DNA of 64,000 nt from Bacteroidales bacterium (GCA_045640185.1 JAZUEN010000053.1:6289-70288); one strand, 5' to 3'; counted from the stretch's first letter, positions 1-10,446 are shown. Notes: generated by a model not told the origin, from the letters alone. A program made the numbers and translations.

Positions 1-51
1 ACAAGAGCCTTAGTGAATGTTTTATGGAAACGTGGCAGTGTCATCAATCCA

Positions 52-1437
52 TTAATAACGTGCTACGGTCTTTTCGTTGATCCATCCGCCTACTGTATAG
101 GTTTCGCCTTCGTTAATGCCAAACATAAAGGCTTCCTCCTTATTTGGGAAGTACTTCTTGTATGTTGATATAAGGTCGTTTGCCTCAGCCTCGCAAGAAG
201 AGTCGACTTGTTTTGCCTTGTTAAATTTATCAACAGCGGCCCAATACACAGCATTGTGCTCAACCTGCTCCTGGCCAATGCTCTTTGCATCGGCTGCATA
301 AGCCTTGCCTATTGCAATATATGCCTTGCCGTTGTTTGGATTGTTCTTCAATGCAAGATTTGCCAGTTCACGAACTTTTGAGAAGTTCTTTTGAGTGAAC
401 ACCACTTGGCTCCATTCGTAATAGTATTGTGATTTTGCCATTGGATCCTCTTCCAAGTCGCATGCGTTTGAATAGTATGTTGCGGCCTTGGGCATGTCTT
501 GCTTAGCCAAGAACAAGCGTGCCAAGTTGCGCGCTGCCAAAGCTGATGGCTCCAATGCGTACAGCGCCTCGGAAGCATTCGCAAACAATGGGGCAGAGTT
601 GCATTCTGCCTTGTCCAAAAGTTTTGTGACTTTCTTCAACCATTCTACGTCATCCTTCATTGCATCGTACTTTGCGCCAAATATCGCAATCAATGCATCG
701 CAAGTGGCGGCTCCACTTTCAGAGAACAAAGCTTCAACGTTCTTTAAGTCGACCTCCAGGTTTTCCAATTCCTTTTGTGCTGCAGGGGCTTTCTTTGCAT
801 CACCACTCTCGACTATCGACTTGTTGTTTGCCATAGCCAATTCAATTGTGCTTGCGGCCAATTCGTATGCTGAAATGACTTCAGCTCCATCAATGGCCTC
901 TTCCCTATATTGGTCGACAGCTGCCTGAAGCATTACCGTTGCAACGCCGGCACCTTGCTCGCCTTTTTCAAGTTCGCAGGATTTTTTCAGCATTTCGTAT
1001 ACTTCTCCAGAAGCTTTCTTCTCTCTATATGTATATAGGTCGACACCTTTATTTGCCAACACGGCGCCTTCCTGCTTGAAGTAGGCAATACGCTGGTCAT
1101 ATATCAACATAAGGGTATCGATTAACGACTCTCTTCTGGCTGCGTCTTTCTCGTCCTTGATAAGGCCCTTGTAGATGGCGGCACCGCGAATGAATGTGTT
1201 CTTGCTGGCTTCTGGGCAGTTTTCAAAAACTTTACGCCAATTGACCACGGCATCCTTGTAATTCTTTTGTTTGTAGAATTGACCATAAAGAGACATGTGC
1301 ATTGCGCACGCCTCGCGGGCGGCGCTGTCTGCACCATATTTCGGATCAGATAAATACTTCTTTTGAGCATTTGTGGCGCCGGCAGCCATTAAAAGTGACA
1401 TGGCCACTACACCAAATTTGCAAGCAAACGTTTTCAT
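52..1437 (-). CDS. secreted TPR-like repeat protein
   Basis: ORF 52..1599. The internal Met at 1437 (cat at 1435-1437) gives the signal peptide MKTFACKFGVVAMSLLMAAGATNAQ. The body is a helical repeat-rich Ala/Tyr/Lys sequence. The 54 codons upstream do not look like protein. Confidence 0.55.
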   Translation of the reverse strand: MKTFACKFGVVAMSLLMAAGATNAQKKYLSDPKYGADSAAREACAMHMSLYGQFYKQKNYKDAVVNWRKVFENCPEASKNTFIRGAAIYKGLIKDEKDAARRESLIDTLMLIYDQRIAYFKQEGAVLANKGVDLYTYREKKASGEVYEMLKKSCELEKGEQGAGVATVMLQAAVDQYREEAIDGAEVISAYELAASTIELAMANNKSIVESGDAKKAPAAQKELENLEVDLKNVEALFSESGAATCDALIAIFGAKYDAMKDDVEWLKKVTKLLDKAECNSAPLFANASEALYALEPSALAARNLARLFLAKQDMPKAATYYSNACDLEEDPMAKSQYYYEWSQVVFTQKNFSKVRELANLALKNNPNNGKAYIAIGKAYAADAKSIGQEQVEHNAVYWAAVDKFNKAKQVDSSCEAEANDLISTYKKYFPNKEEAFMFGINEGETYTVGGWINEKTVARY

Positions 1438-1586
1438 TTTTCTAGTTTTAAAAATTAACGCCCAAAAGTAATAAATCTTTAATAGGAAAGTCTTTTTTGT
1501 CAATGTTTCTGCACCTTTAGGTTGACAAAAACCAATATCCAAAACCAAACCAGCCAGGCTATATTGCTGAATGTCAGCGACAAGTG

Positions 1587-2306
1587 CTAGTGCTTCCAAT
1601 TGTCAAGAATGTTGTTCATGCCCAACAAAACGAGGTCGGGATTATGCACAACTTCCGCATTGTCCTTGAAAAACATATTAGCGCCACCACCAGTGATGAC
1701 GATTTTCAAGTCATCATACATGCGACGATACCTATTTATATACCCTTCAATCTCAAATGATATCCCGTTGACTATTCCGGAACGGATTGCCTCTGCCGTG
1801 CTTTTTCCTTGAATCGCCACTTCCCCGTCAAAACCTACTAGAGGGAGCCTGCCCGTGAAGTGGTTCAAAGCCTTGGCCCTGATTTCAGGCCCTAGAGAGA
1901 TTATACCTCCGCAGTAAACTCCATCTGACGCAAGGAAATCAATTGTCATGGCTGTACCTATGTCAATAATAAGGACATTACTGCTCGGGTAAATAGTGCG
2001 CGCGCCAACTGCCGCCGCAATGCGGTCACAGCCCAGGGTTTGTGGCGTGGCGTAATCTATCTTTATAGGCAGTTCGGCCTGCGGAGTCAATGCCAAGTGT
2101 GGCAGGGAGCGCAAAAACTGAGGCAGTTCAACACTTTCCGAGCGCGTACTGGAGCTGATTATCTTATCTACGTCATGTTTCCTGATGAATTGCACCGCCG
2201 CGTCATCGCAAATGCTGGCGCTTGACATTTGGGATACAATTTTACCGTCTTCGGCTATGGCGAATTTACATAACGTGTTACCCTCGTCGATAATAAGGTT
2301 ACTCAT
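1587..2306 (-). CDS. coaX: type III pantothenate kinase
   Basis: N-terminus MSNLIIDEGNTLCKFA and the IIDIGTAMTID / VITGGGA motifs are typical of CoaX (acetate/sugar kinase fold). Start taken at Met6 of the ORF (2306). Confidence 0.8.
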   Translation of the reverse strand: MSNLIIDEGNTLCKFAIAEDGKIVSQMSSASICDDAAVQFIRKHDVDKIISSSTRSESVELPQFLRSLPHLALTPQAELPIKIDYATPQTLGCDRIAAAVGARTIYPSSNVLIIDIGTAMTIDFLASDGVYCGGIISLGPEIRAKALNHFTGRLPLVGFDGEVAIQGKSTAEAIRSGIVNGISFEIEGYINRYRRMYDDLKIVITGGGANMFFKDNAEVVHNPDLVLLGMNNILDNWKH

Positions 2307-2820
2307 AGCCTTTCTTGGCAATTTCCAACAACCTGTTGAAGAAAAATATCTTTAGATACAATCCGTGTTTTTCTGTATATGACAGCTTTATGGCATACAC
2401 GCGTTTATCGTTGCCTATGGTCCATTGCCTATCGACATCGTTCTCGGCAAACAACTTTGTGTCAGTGCTGTTCCACAATCCACGCCTGTCGTCGTCGTAC
2501 CCGTAAATGGCAAAAAGCGAATTCACGATAGCCTTCGTCTTCTCCATGGTCACAAGCCGCATGTTGGCTGGCAATGTTACATTTATGTGATTGCTGGCTG
2601 TGATGTTGTTTTTGTCGTCAAACAGGCGAAAAACCACTTTTTCGAACATGCCAAGCTCCACCAATGGAAAATCCTTTTCGAATTCCACCATAAACACTCC
2701 TTCGATGTCCTTGCTTTCAACCTCGCTATAATCGCTGTCAGCGAAAAATTTTGTGAGGTCGAACGAAAAAAGTTCAAGTATGTTATGTGGACTCGCCGAT
2801 ATGCTGTCTGTATTTGGCAT
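2299..2820 (-). CDS. hypothetical cytoplasmic protein
   Basis: 173-aa ORF packed tightly between the ABC ATPase gene (ends 2824) and coaX. No recognisable motif. Confidence 0.5.
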   Translation of the reverse strand: MPNTDSISASPHNILELFSFDLTKFFADSDYSEVESKDIEGVFMVEFEKDFPLVELGMFEKVVFRLFDDKNNITASNHINVTLPANMRLVTMEKTKAIVNSLFAIYGYDDDRRGLWNSTDTKLFAENDVDRQWTIGNDKRVYAIKLSYTEKHGLYLKIFFFNRLLEIAKKGYE

Positions 2821-2823
2821 TGT

Positions 2824-3735
2824 CTAACTAGTTTTTGTCAGTTCCTGGAACGCTTCCTCTATTGTCTTTTGCTTGGCCTGCATCGCCAAAACTGCCAACC
2901 CATGACTGACGGCAAAATTGAACACATCTTGCCTTATGTCGGAACTGGAGTTCAGACAATATTTGTGCGGACCGGTTTTTTCAACCGCCACAATATTAGC
3001 TATTTGTGACAGAAGATTTTCATCGGCGTCAACATTAAATTCAACCTCCAGCTGTTCATATCTGCCATTCCCCGCTGAATGCTGGACCTGCTCGGTATTG
3101 CCGTTTGCAACAAGCCTGCCTCTGTTCAAGATGGCAATTTGGTGACAGATAGCCTTGACTTCCTGCATTATGTGGGTAGATAGCATTATTGTCTTCTCGC
3201 GCCCCAAATCGAGTATCAGATTGCGGATCTCGACAATCTGGTTCGGGTCGAGGCCGGTGGTAGGCTCATCAAGGATCAGCACTTTCGGATTGTGAATTAT
3301 GGCTTGCGCCAATCCGACACGCTGCTTGTAGCCCTTCGACAATGCGCCAATCTTTTTCCGGCACTCCTGTGTCAAGCCTGTACGTTCAATTACGTCATCA
3401 ACCACTCCGCGGACATTGCCAAGCTTATATATGTTGGCAATGAACTGCAGATATTCCTTAACGTACATATCAAGATAAAGAGGATTGTTTTCCGGCAAAT
3501 AGCCAATCAGCCTCCTTATTTCATTAGGATTTTCGGCAACGTCCACCCCCTCGACAAGCACTTGGCCTTCAGTTGGAAGAATCAGCCCAGTTATTATCTT
3601 CATCAATGTCGATTTGCCTGCCCCGTTTGGCCCCAAAAAGCCGACAACCGTGCCCGTGCCAACAGAAAACGACACATTGTCAAGTGCCTTCTGTTCACCA
3701 AACAGTTTGGTTACGGAGTTGATTTCTATCGACAT
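2824..3735 (-). CDS. ABC transporter ATP-binding protein (GldA-like)
   Basis: Walker A GPNGAGKST, signature LSKGYKQRV, Walker B LILDEPTTGLD. Its length of about 300 aa and C-terminal extension resemble Bacteroidota GldA-type ATPases. Confidence 0.85.
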   Translation of the reverse strand: MSIEINSVTKLFGEQKALDNVSFSVGTGTVVGFLGPNGAGKSTLMKIITGLILPTEGQVLVEGVDVAENPNEIRRLIGYLPENNPLYLDMYVKEYLQFIANIYKLGNVRGVVDDVIERTGLTQECRKKIGALSKGYKQRVGLAQAIIHNPKVLILDEPTTGLDPNQIVEIRNLILDLGREKTIMLSTHIMQEVKAICHQIAILNRGRLVANGNTEQVQHSAGNGRYEQLEVEFNVDADENLLSQIANIVAVEKTGPHKYCLNSSSDIRQDVFNFAVSHGLAVLAMQAKQKTIEEAFQELTKTS

Positions 3736-3778
3736 GAATACCTGATTTATTTATTAGATGTAACGATGCCGGCCTGAA

Positions 3779-4210
3779 TTATTTGCAAGGTATCTTGTCG
3801 ATGCGACGCTGGTGACGGCCACCCTCAAAACCGGTGGTCAGGAAAGTGTCGACAACCTGCTTTGCCAAATCGACCGATATGAAACGTGCGGGAATGGCGC
3901 ATATGTTGGCGTTGTTGTGCTGGCGGGCAAGTGCGGCTATTTCAGTGTTCCAGCACAATGCCGAACGAATTCCCTGGTGCTTGTTTGCAGTGATGTTGAT
4001 GCCGTTTCCACTTCCGCATAAGGTTATTCCCAAGTCGAACTTTCCTTGTTCAACTGCCTCTGCCAATGGGTGGGCCACATCTGGGTAGTCCATGCTCTCT
4101 GGCGAATTTGTGCCGAAATCGGTCACTGTATGTCCCTTGGATTTCAGATACTCAACCAAAATTTGCTTTGTTTCGAAGCCTGCGTGATCGCTTCCTATTG
4201 CTAGATTCAT
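3779..4210 (-). CDS. rpiB: ribose-5-phosphate isomerase B
   Basis: MNLAIGSDHAGFETK... and CGSGNGINITANK motifs are typical of the RpiB/LacAB family. Length 143 aa. Confidence 0.85.
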   Translation of the reverse strand: MNLAIGSDHAGFETKQILVEYLKSKGHTVTDFGTNSPESMDYPDVAHPLAEAVEQGKFDLGITLCGSGNGINITANKHQGIRSALCWNTEIAALARQHNNANICAIPARFISVDLAKQVVDTFLTTGFEGGRHQRRIDKIPCK

Positions 4211-4638
4211 GATCGTTGTTATTAAAAATTCGTTAAAAAAGATGTCAGTTCCAATCTTCGAGCGACTCGGTGCCTTATCGTCATTCTATTGGTCGCCCGA
4301 CAAATTTCCAAAAATCGCTACATTTATGAAAACCAACTTAATTTGCCGGCAAAAATACCAAACCAAAGCAACTTGGCAAAAGAAAATCCACAAATAAGAC
4401 ACGATTAAAGCTGTTGCGCGACATTCGCTACATAATGTTTGCTGAAACGCCGACAAAATTTACATTGAAAGTCCGATGGCAAATGAAAAAAAACATAAAA
4501 AACACATCCGGGAAATGGCATCAAACCTATGCAGATTAAGCCAAAAATGAGAAAAAAGCATAAATGACCACTTCCGTTTGATTTTTTTTGTATTTTGCCG
4601 ACCGTTTTTGTGGCCTCTGAATTTAATGATGGGGCTTC

Positions 4639-4728
4639 GGAGAAATGGCCGAGTGGTCTAAGGCGCACGCCTGGAAAGTGTGTATACCGCGTGAAACGGT
4701 ATCGTGGGTTCGAATCCCCCTTTCTCCG
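4639..4728 (+). tRNA. tRNA-Ser (anticodon GGA)
   Basis: Acceptor stem GGAGAAA/TTTCTCC. D-arm GCCGAGTGGTCTAAGGC. Anticodon stem CACGC/GTGTG with loop CTGGAAA. Long variable arm TATACCGCGTGAAACGGTATC. T-arm GGGTTCGAATCCC. No encoded CCA. Confidence 0.9.
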
Positions 4729-4786
4729 CAGAGATGATTTATTAATTTAAATTTTTAACAAGTAAAAACCGTAATAACAAAAGACT

Positions 4787-5617
4787 ATGAAAAAGTTATT
4801 CACATTGTTAGTTGTGACTATGATGTTGGGAACAGCATCATTGAATTGCGTAAATGCGCAAGATGAAAACGCTGCTACAGATTCGACAGAACAAGTTGCA
4901 GCAGTAGATTCAGCAGAAGCTGCAGCACCTGCTGAAGTTGCAGAAGCTGCAGCAGTTAGCGAAGACGCCATTGAAGGCCAAAGCGCTCACCAGGCAATCA
5001 AACAAAAATTCATTGAAGGTGGTGTTGGATTTATGTCATCAGTTATCCTTTGCTTGATTTTGGGTTTGGCTATCTGCGTTGAACGTATATTGTTCTTGAA
5101 CTTGTCTTCAACCAACACAAAGAAATTGTTGGCAAAGATTGAGGCTGCCCTTAACGAGCAAGGTGTTGAAGCCGCAAAGGAAGTTTGTCGCAACACACGT
5201 GGCCCAGTAGCCAGCATCTTCTATCAAGGCCTTGACCGCTACGATGCAGGTTTGGACATGGTTGAGAAAGCTGTCATTTCTTATGGTGGCGTTCAGACAG
5301 GCTTGCTGGAGAAGAACCTTTCATGGATTGCATTGTTCATCGCATTGGCTCCTATGTTGGGATTCTTGGGAACAGTTATTGGTATGGTTCAGGCATTCGA
5401 CTCAATCAAGATTGCAGGTGACATCAGCCCGGCATTGGTTGCAGGTGGTATTTCAGTTGCCCTTATCACAACTATGGCTGGTTTGATTGTAGCTATGATT
5501 CTTCAGGTATTCTACAACTATTTCGTATCAAAAATTGATGCTATTGTAAACGACATGGAAGACGCATCAATCTCTTTGACCGACATGCTTTATAAATACA
5601 ACCAGAAAAACAAATAA
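4787..5617 (+). CDS. exbB: MotA/TolQ/ExbB proton-channel family protein
   Basis: Signal peptide, then an acidic Ala/Glu-rich linker, then three TM segments with a conserved C-terminal half (LGFLGTVIGMVQAF, ALITTMAGLIVA). Followed by two ExbD genes. Confidence 0.8.
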   Translation: MKKLFTLLVVTMMLGTASLNCVNAQDENAATDSTEQVAAVDSAEAAAPAEVAEAAAVSEDAIEGQSAHQAIKQKFIEGGVGFMSSVILCLILGLAICVERILFLNLSSTNTKKLLAKIEAALNEQGVEAAKEVCRNTRGPVASIFYQGLDRYDAGLDMVEKAVISYGGVQTGLLEKNLSWIALFIALAPMLGFLGTVIGMVQAFDSIKIAGDISPALVAGGISVALITTMAGLIVAMILQVFYNYFVSKIDAIVNDMEDASISLTDMLYKYNQKNK

Positions 5618-5619
5618 AA

Positions 5620-6042
5620 ATGAACACATTAACATCTAAACTATTAGGTGTCGTTTCTGTGGTATTGCTGTTGGTCAGTGCCGTTGCAGGCATTGTAGTA
5701 TTCGCCACAGGAGAATACATTGATTTCTTGCTAATTTGGACATACGTGTTGGTAATAACCGCATTTGTTATAATCATCCTTGCATCACTAATAGGGATGT
5801 TGTCGTCAAAGAAAAGTGCGCTGTCGTTGCTCACTGTTTTGGCAATCGCAGCTGTGATTGTCTTTACATGCCGCGCATTTGCACCAGCATCATTGCCAAC
5901 ATTCTTCGGTGTTGAAGAGTATCACCTTACAATAGCAAGTTCACAATGGATTGACACCGCATTATATGTAACATACACCTTATTTTTTGTATCAATCCTT
6001 GGTTTGTTGTTTACAGCAATCAGGTCTGCTGCAACTAAGTAG
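5620..6042 (+). CDS. small multi-pass membrane protein (ExbB-ExbD cluster associated)
   Basis: 140 aa with four hydrophobic segments. Starts 3 nt after the exbB stop. Confidence 0.55.
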   Translation: MNTLTSKLLGVVSVVLLLVSAVAGIVVFATGEYIDFLLIWTYVLVITAFVIIILASLIGMLSSKKSALSLLTVLAIAAVIVFTCRAFAPASLPTFFGVEEYHLTIASSQWIDTALYVTYTLFFVSILGLLFTAIRSAATK

Positions 6043-6063
6043 GTAAGTGAAAAAAATTAAACT

Positions 6064-6642
6064 ATGGCACGTAAAACACCAGATATTCCTTCTGCATCAT
6101 TGGCCGATACAGCATTTATGATGTTGATCTTCTTCCTGGTTTCAACAACAATGGATACCGATGCCGGTATATCCCGTATGTTGCCACAGCCAGTTCCAAA
6201 AGACCAACAGAATGACGACCAAAAAGTCAAGGAAAGGAATATATTGATTGTCCTTATCAATAAAAATGACCAGTTGATGGTTGAAGGTGAGCCACTGCAC
6301 ATTTCTGAGCTAAAGAAAAAAGCAAAGGAATTCATCGAAAACCCTGCCGACGATCCTGCTCTCCCAGAAAAACAAATAAAGGAGATACCGTTCTTTGGCA
6401 ATTATCCTGTGTCAAAACAAGTAATCTCACTTCAGAACGACCGCACAACATCATACGGCTTGTACATACAAGTCCAAGATGAATTGGCCGCCGCCTATAA
6501 CGAATTGCGAGACGAGATGGCAATGCGCAAGTGGAACAAGCGTTACGATGACTTGGATAAGGAACAACAAGATGCAATCAAAAAGATATACCCACAAAGT
6601 ATATCCGAGGCTGAACCTAAAAACTATGGAGGAGGAAAATAA
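6064..6642 (+). CDS. exbD: ExbD/TolR biopolymer transport protein
   Basis: N-terminal SLADTAFMMLIFFLVSTTM TM motif typical of ExbD/TolR. Confidence 0.8.
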   Translation: MARKTPDIPSASLADTAFMMLIFFLVSTTMDTDAGISRMLPQPVPKDQQNDDQKVKERNILIVLINKNDQLMVEGEPLHISELKKKAKEFIENPADDPALPEKQIKEIPFFGNYPVSKQVISLQNDRTTSYGLYIQVQDELAAAYNELRDEMAMRKWNKRYDDLDKEQQDAIKKIYPQSISEAEPKNYGGGK

Positions 6643-7115
6643 TGGGAAAATTTAGAGAGAGCGGGAAAAAGGAAGTTCCTGCCATTTCAACATCATCTCT
6701 TCCTGACGTGGTTTACATGTTGTTGTTCTTCTTCATGGTATCAACAACAATGAAGGAAGTCGACCTTAAGGTAAATGTAAATGTCCCAATGGCAACCGAA
6801 ATCAAGAAACTTGAGAAGAAGTCGTTGGTCAGCTACATCTACATTGGAAAGCCGAAAGAAAAGTTTACTAAAACCTATGGTACAGAACCTCGTATTCAAT
6901 TGAATGACCAATTCTCTGACGTAAAAGACATTGCTGACTATATCGAGTCGGAACGTCAAAAAAGAGACGAGAAGGAAATTCCATTGATGACAACCTCACT
7001 AAAGGTTGACATTGATACAAAAATGGGTATAGTAACCGACGTTAAACAAGAGTTGAGAAAAGTTAGCGCGTTGAAAATCAACTATTCCACCAAAAAGGGA
7101 ATTAGACGCAACTAA
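6642..7115 (+). CDS. exbD: ExbD/TolR biopolymer transport protein (second copy)
   Basis: SLPDVVYMLLFFFMVSTTM motif. Start overlaps the preceding stop (TAATG). Confidence 0.8.
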   Translation: MGKFRESGKKEVPAISTSSLPDVVYMLLFFFMVSTTMKEVDLKVNVNVPMATEIKKLEKKSLVSYIYIGKPKEKFTKTYGTEPRIQLNDQFSDVKDIADYIESERQKRDEKEIPLMTTSLKVDIDTKMGIVTDVKQELRKVSALKINYSTKKGIRRN

Positions 7116-7136
7116 TCTGAATTTCTTATAAATACA

Positions 7137-7168
7137 AAAGGATGGCTGTAATACAACCATCCTTTTTT
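7137..7168 (+). terminator. rho-independent terminator after the exbBD cluster
   Basis: Hairpin AAAAGGATGG-loop-CCATCCTTTT followed by a T-run. Confidence 0.7.
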
Positions 7169-7173
7169 AATTT

Positions 7174-7629
7174 ATGCACAACACCATGTCAACAAAAAAA
7201 CTGATTTCAACAATCGCGCTTATATTGGCGTTTCAAGGTTGCATTGGATACAAGCCACCGGAGCTTGTATGCATAAACAAAGTCGACATGCTAGACTTGT
7301 CTTTCAAGAAAATCAAAGCAGAACTGAACATAACTGTCCTAAACCCAAACCATCACGACATAGTAATAGATTCAGCGCATATCAATGTCTACCTGAACGA
7401 CGAGCAAATAGGTGAACTATCAATCAACAATGCATGCACACTCCCACCTGAAGCAGAAACCGAATGTGGCTTTCTCATGACACTAAGAACTAAAGACGTA
7501 ATGGAAAACGGCATTGATTCCATGCTTGACATGCTGTCACAAATGAATGAGATAAAGATGGAGGGGAAAATAAATGGCAAATACTGGATTTTCAAAAAGG
7601 AGCTGAAAGCTGATGCCATCATTAAATAA
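7174..7629 (+). CDS. LEA_2 / NDR1-HIN1-like lipoprotein
   Basis: Lipobox LAFQGC. The LNITVLNPNHHDIVIDSAHINVYLNDEQIG pattern resembles the LEA14-like fold. Confidence 0.5.
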   Translation: MHNTMSTKKLISTIALILAFQGCIGYKPPELVCINKVDMLDLSFKKIKAELNITVLNPNHHDIVIDSAHINVYLNDEQIGELSINNACTLPPEAETECGFLMTLRTKDVMENGIDSMLDMLSQMNEIKMEGKINGKYWIFKKELKADAIIK

Positions 7630-7657
7630 AATGAAGTAAATTGCCACAAAAATTACG

Positions 7658-8500
7658 ATGGCTATGGAAAAGTACATTTTAGTGCCTGTTGACTTCTCTC
7701 CCAGTTCGATAAACGCGATGGAACACGCTGTCATATATGCAAATGCCTTGAAATATGACATAAAAATGATTCATGTCAAGCGCAAGAACGCCGACTACGA
7801 CCCAACCATTGATTACTGCGACTATGATGAAGTTCTTAAATCGACGGCCATCGACAATTTCAATAGAATCATTGCCCACTTTAAGGGTAAAATGATGGGC
7901 AATATAAGCTATTGCGTGCGTGACGGCCGCGTGTTCAACGAGGTATGCAACCAAGCGAAATATGGCGATGCGGCTATGATAATCAGCGGAACAAATGGCG
8001 TTTCGGGCTTCAAGGAAAGATGGGAAGGAAGCAACGCTTTCCGTATCGTAAGCCATGCAATATGCCCTGTCATTACAATCAAATACAGCTTTGTGCCAAA
8101 AATACCTCGCAAGATAGTAGTGCCAATTGACAACACATCACGAACCCGGCTGAAAATACCAATAGTGGCTAACATAGCTAAATGCTTTAACGCAGAAATG
8201 ATTCTTGTCGACTTGCGCAATGACAACAAATTTGCCACACAAAAGAAGATGGAAGAAGCTATGAGGGCCGTGACAGTCTACCTCGACCGGCACAAAATAC
8301 TATATAGTAAAGACGGCCTGCGAGCAAAAAAATCAAAAACCGCAAAAGCTGTTATCGACTATGCCATGCAAATTGACGCTGATTTGATTGCGGCAACAAG
8401 CGAACGTCTGGACAACAGCTGGCAGCAATTTTCAATGTCAAACCCGCAGAAACTGGTCAATCACTCGCCAATACCTGTAATTACAATAAAGGTGGCATAA
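7658..8500 (+). CDS. tandem-domain universal stress protein (UspA family)
   Basis: KYILVPVDFSPSS N-terminus. Two approximately 140-aa Usp halves. C-terminal NHSPIPVITI motif. Confidence 0.75.
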   Translation: MAMEKYILVPVDFSPSSINAMEHAVIYANALKYDIKMIHVKRKNADYDPTIDYCDYDEVLKSTAIDNFNRIIAHFKGKMMGNISYCVRDGRVFNEVCNQAKYGDAAMIISGTNGVSGFKERWEGSNAFRIVSHAICPVITIKYSFVPKIPRKIVVPIDNTSRTRLKIPIVANIAKCFNAEMILVDLRNDNKFATQKKMEEAMRAVTVYLDRHKILYSKDGLRAKKSKTAKAVIDYAMQIDADLIAATSERLDNSWQQFSMSNPQKLVNHSPIPVITIKVA

Positions 8501-8515
8501 GGCGCAATGCGCCAA

Positions 8516-9496
8516 TTATTTGGATTTTGAATATAGCCATGCGTTGCCATACTTCTCGTTGGAACGGATGCGTCTCAGCTCATGCAATGCCCTGACCTTA
8601 TCGTCATAAGCCCCAAGCGACACCCTATACAAGTTGTCGGTTTCTACAACTTCCGAATTGAATCCGTCCTTTTGGTATTGCTTCAGGTACTTTTCGGCAT
8701 TTGAAAAATCCTTAAAGCTGCCACCAATTATATAGTATGTGCAATTGTCGGCCTGGCGCTTCTTGACCGGCTCCGACACTGGCGCTTCGTTGTAGAACAA
8801 GGCCGCCCGCTTGTTGGTTGAAGCGGCTATCTCATAATCGACTGTGTTTTCTGTGTTGGCTGAGCTTATGGTATCTTCAAGAGATATGGCTGTCTTGACA
8901 GGAGTTGGCACTACGCCTGCACTTTGCTGAATGCGTTGGTTGCAAAATGGGATCAATGCTACTATGCCGAAAATGGGAATTAATATTGCTGCATACCTCA
9001 ACACTTTTCTTGAATCTATCATAGGCATGATACGAATATTATCGTTGTTGATTACTGTTTTTGCCTTGGTCTGATAACTCAAAGGAGGGAACCTGAAAGA
9101 GAACAATCCGTAAGAATCGCTCAGTAGGTTTTCTGTCACCTGTGGGTCAAAAATCAATGCGGAATCCTCGTTATAACGGAAGGAGCCTATTCCTTCAAAC
9201 TTCAATGTTTCGCCCTTTTCGAGCCTAATCCACGCATCCTCGACACTCTGCTTCACCATTTGCTCAGCTTCTTCGTACCTGATGCCTAGCTGACGCGACA
9301 AGTAGTTAATCAGCAAACCATCGTTGTATGATAGATTGCTGTTGAAAACAAGCTTTTTTGAAGGAGGCGCAAATGTATTGCTCGTCTCATCGTGGACAGC
9401 TTCCTGATAGTTGGCCACGAATCCGCCAAACCCTGGAAGTATCACACAATCGTGAATAAACAACAAGCCTGTTATGTAACTACTTAAATCGAACAT
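8516..9496 (-). CDS. HU-like domain / SPOR domain-containing protein
   Basis: Start at Met22 (MFDLSSYITGLLFIHDCVILPGFGGFVANY, an HU-CCDC81-like N-terminus). One central TM segment. C-terminal SPOR-like YYIIGGSFKDFSNAEKY...YRVSLGAY. Confidence 0.7.
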   Translation of the reverse strand: MFDLSSYITGLLFIHDCVILPGFGGFVANYQEAVHDETSNTFAPPSKKLVFNSNLSYNDGLLINYLSRQLGIRYEEAEQMVKQSVEDAWIRLEKGETLKFEGIGSFRYNEDSALIFDPQVTENLLSDSYGLFSFRFPPLSYQTKAKTVINNDNIRIMPMIDSRKVLRYAAILIPIFGIVALIPFCNQRIQQSAGVVPTPVKTAISLEDTISSANTENTVDYEIAASTNKRAALFYNEAPVSEPVKKRQADNCTYYIIGGSFKDFSNAEKYLKQYQKDGFNSEVVETDNLYRVSLGAYDDKVRALHELRRIRSNEKYGNAWLYSKSK

Positions 9497-9597
9497 CGCA
9501 AAAAATTGTCGACAACAAAAATAAAATTTATTTAGTACATAAAACTTCATTTTTGGCATTGGCTAATTTAGTATGTTTGTAGCACAAATTCAACAAG

Positions 9598-10341
9598 ATG
9601 CTGTTCAAATTCCTACATAAGGACGACACTCAATTGGTTGCCTTACGCGACTTGGGAATAAAATGTGACATCCATTCGCATTTGCTCCCGAATTTGGATG
9701 ACGGCTCACAATCAGTGAAAGACAGCATTGACCTTATCAGAGGATTAAAGGAATATGGGTACGACAAGATTATTGTAACTCCCCATGTAATGAATGGATT
9801 CTACAACAACAGCAATGAATCGATTACAAATGCCCTTAACTTGCTGAAAGAGGAATTGGGTCGTCAACAGATTGACATTGACATAAATGCTGGTGCCGAG
9901 TATTACATTGACTACGACTTTATGCAGAGCTTGGACCATAAGGAAATGATGACTATCGGGAATAAAATGCTTTTGTTCGAGTGCTCGTTCACCAATCCTC
10001 ACTCTATTTTTGACGAAACAGTCTTCAAGATGCAGATAAACGGCTACACACCTGTACTGGCTCACCCTGAACGATACCTATATTGGCACGGAAACCTTGA
10101 CAAAATGAAGGACCTGCATGACAGAGGCATTATGTTCCAAATAAATCTGCTTTCAATAGCAAATGCCTATTCGCCTTCAGTGAACAAGGAGGCCAAGACG
10201 TTAATAGAAAACGGATTGTGCGACTTTATTGGCACCGACCTGCACAATGCTGAACAACTGTCAATAATCAGAAATGCATGCATACCGGCGCGATTGTTTG
10301 AAAGGCTGAAAAGCTTGAACTTACAGAACAACCGCCTTTAG
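9598..10341 (+). CDS. PHP-family tyrosine-protein phosphatase (CpsB/YwqE-like)
   Basis: CDIHSHLLPNLDDGS, TPHV, AHPERY and GTDLHN metal-binding motifs. Confidence 0.75.
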   Translation: MLFKFLHKDDTQLVALRDLGIKCDIHSHLLPNLDDGSQSVKDSIDLIRGLKEYGYDKIIVTPHVMNGFYNNSNESITNALNLLKEELGRQQIDIDINAGAEYYIDYDFMQSLDHKEMMTIGNKMLLFECSFTNPHSIFDETVFKMQINGYTPVLAHPERYLYWHGNLDKMKDLHDRGIMFQINLLSIANAYSPSVNKEAKTLIENGLCDFIGTDLHNAEQLSIIRNACIPARLFERLKSLNLQNNRL

Positions 10342-10446
10342 AAACCTTGCATTAAGGCTCCAGTTAAGGCCTACAAAATTATTCATCAATCTTTTATTGA
10401 TTATCTTATAGCAATAAAGGCTCCTTTTTGAGTGCCTTTATTGTTT

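Noticed and set aside
1438-1599. N-terminal extensions of ORFs beyond plausible starts (52..1599, 8516..9559, 31426..32916, 33576..34025, 37752..38528, 57123..58706, 10646..11581, 50825..52102)
   Set aside because: Internal Met codons give proper signal peptides or conserved N-termini and remove overlaps with upstream genes. The extensions look non-protein-like.
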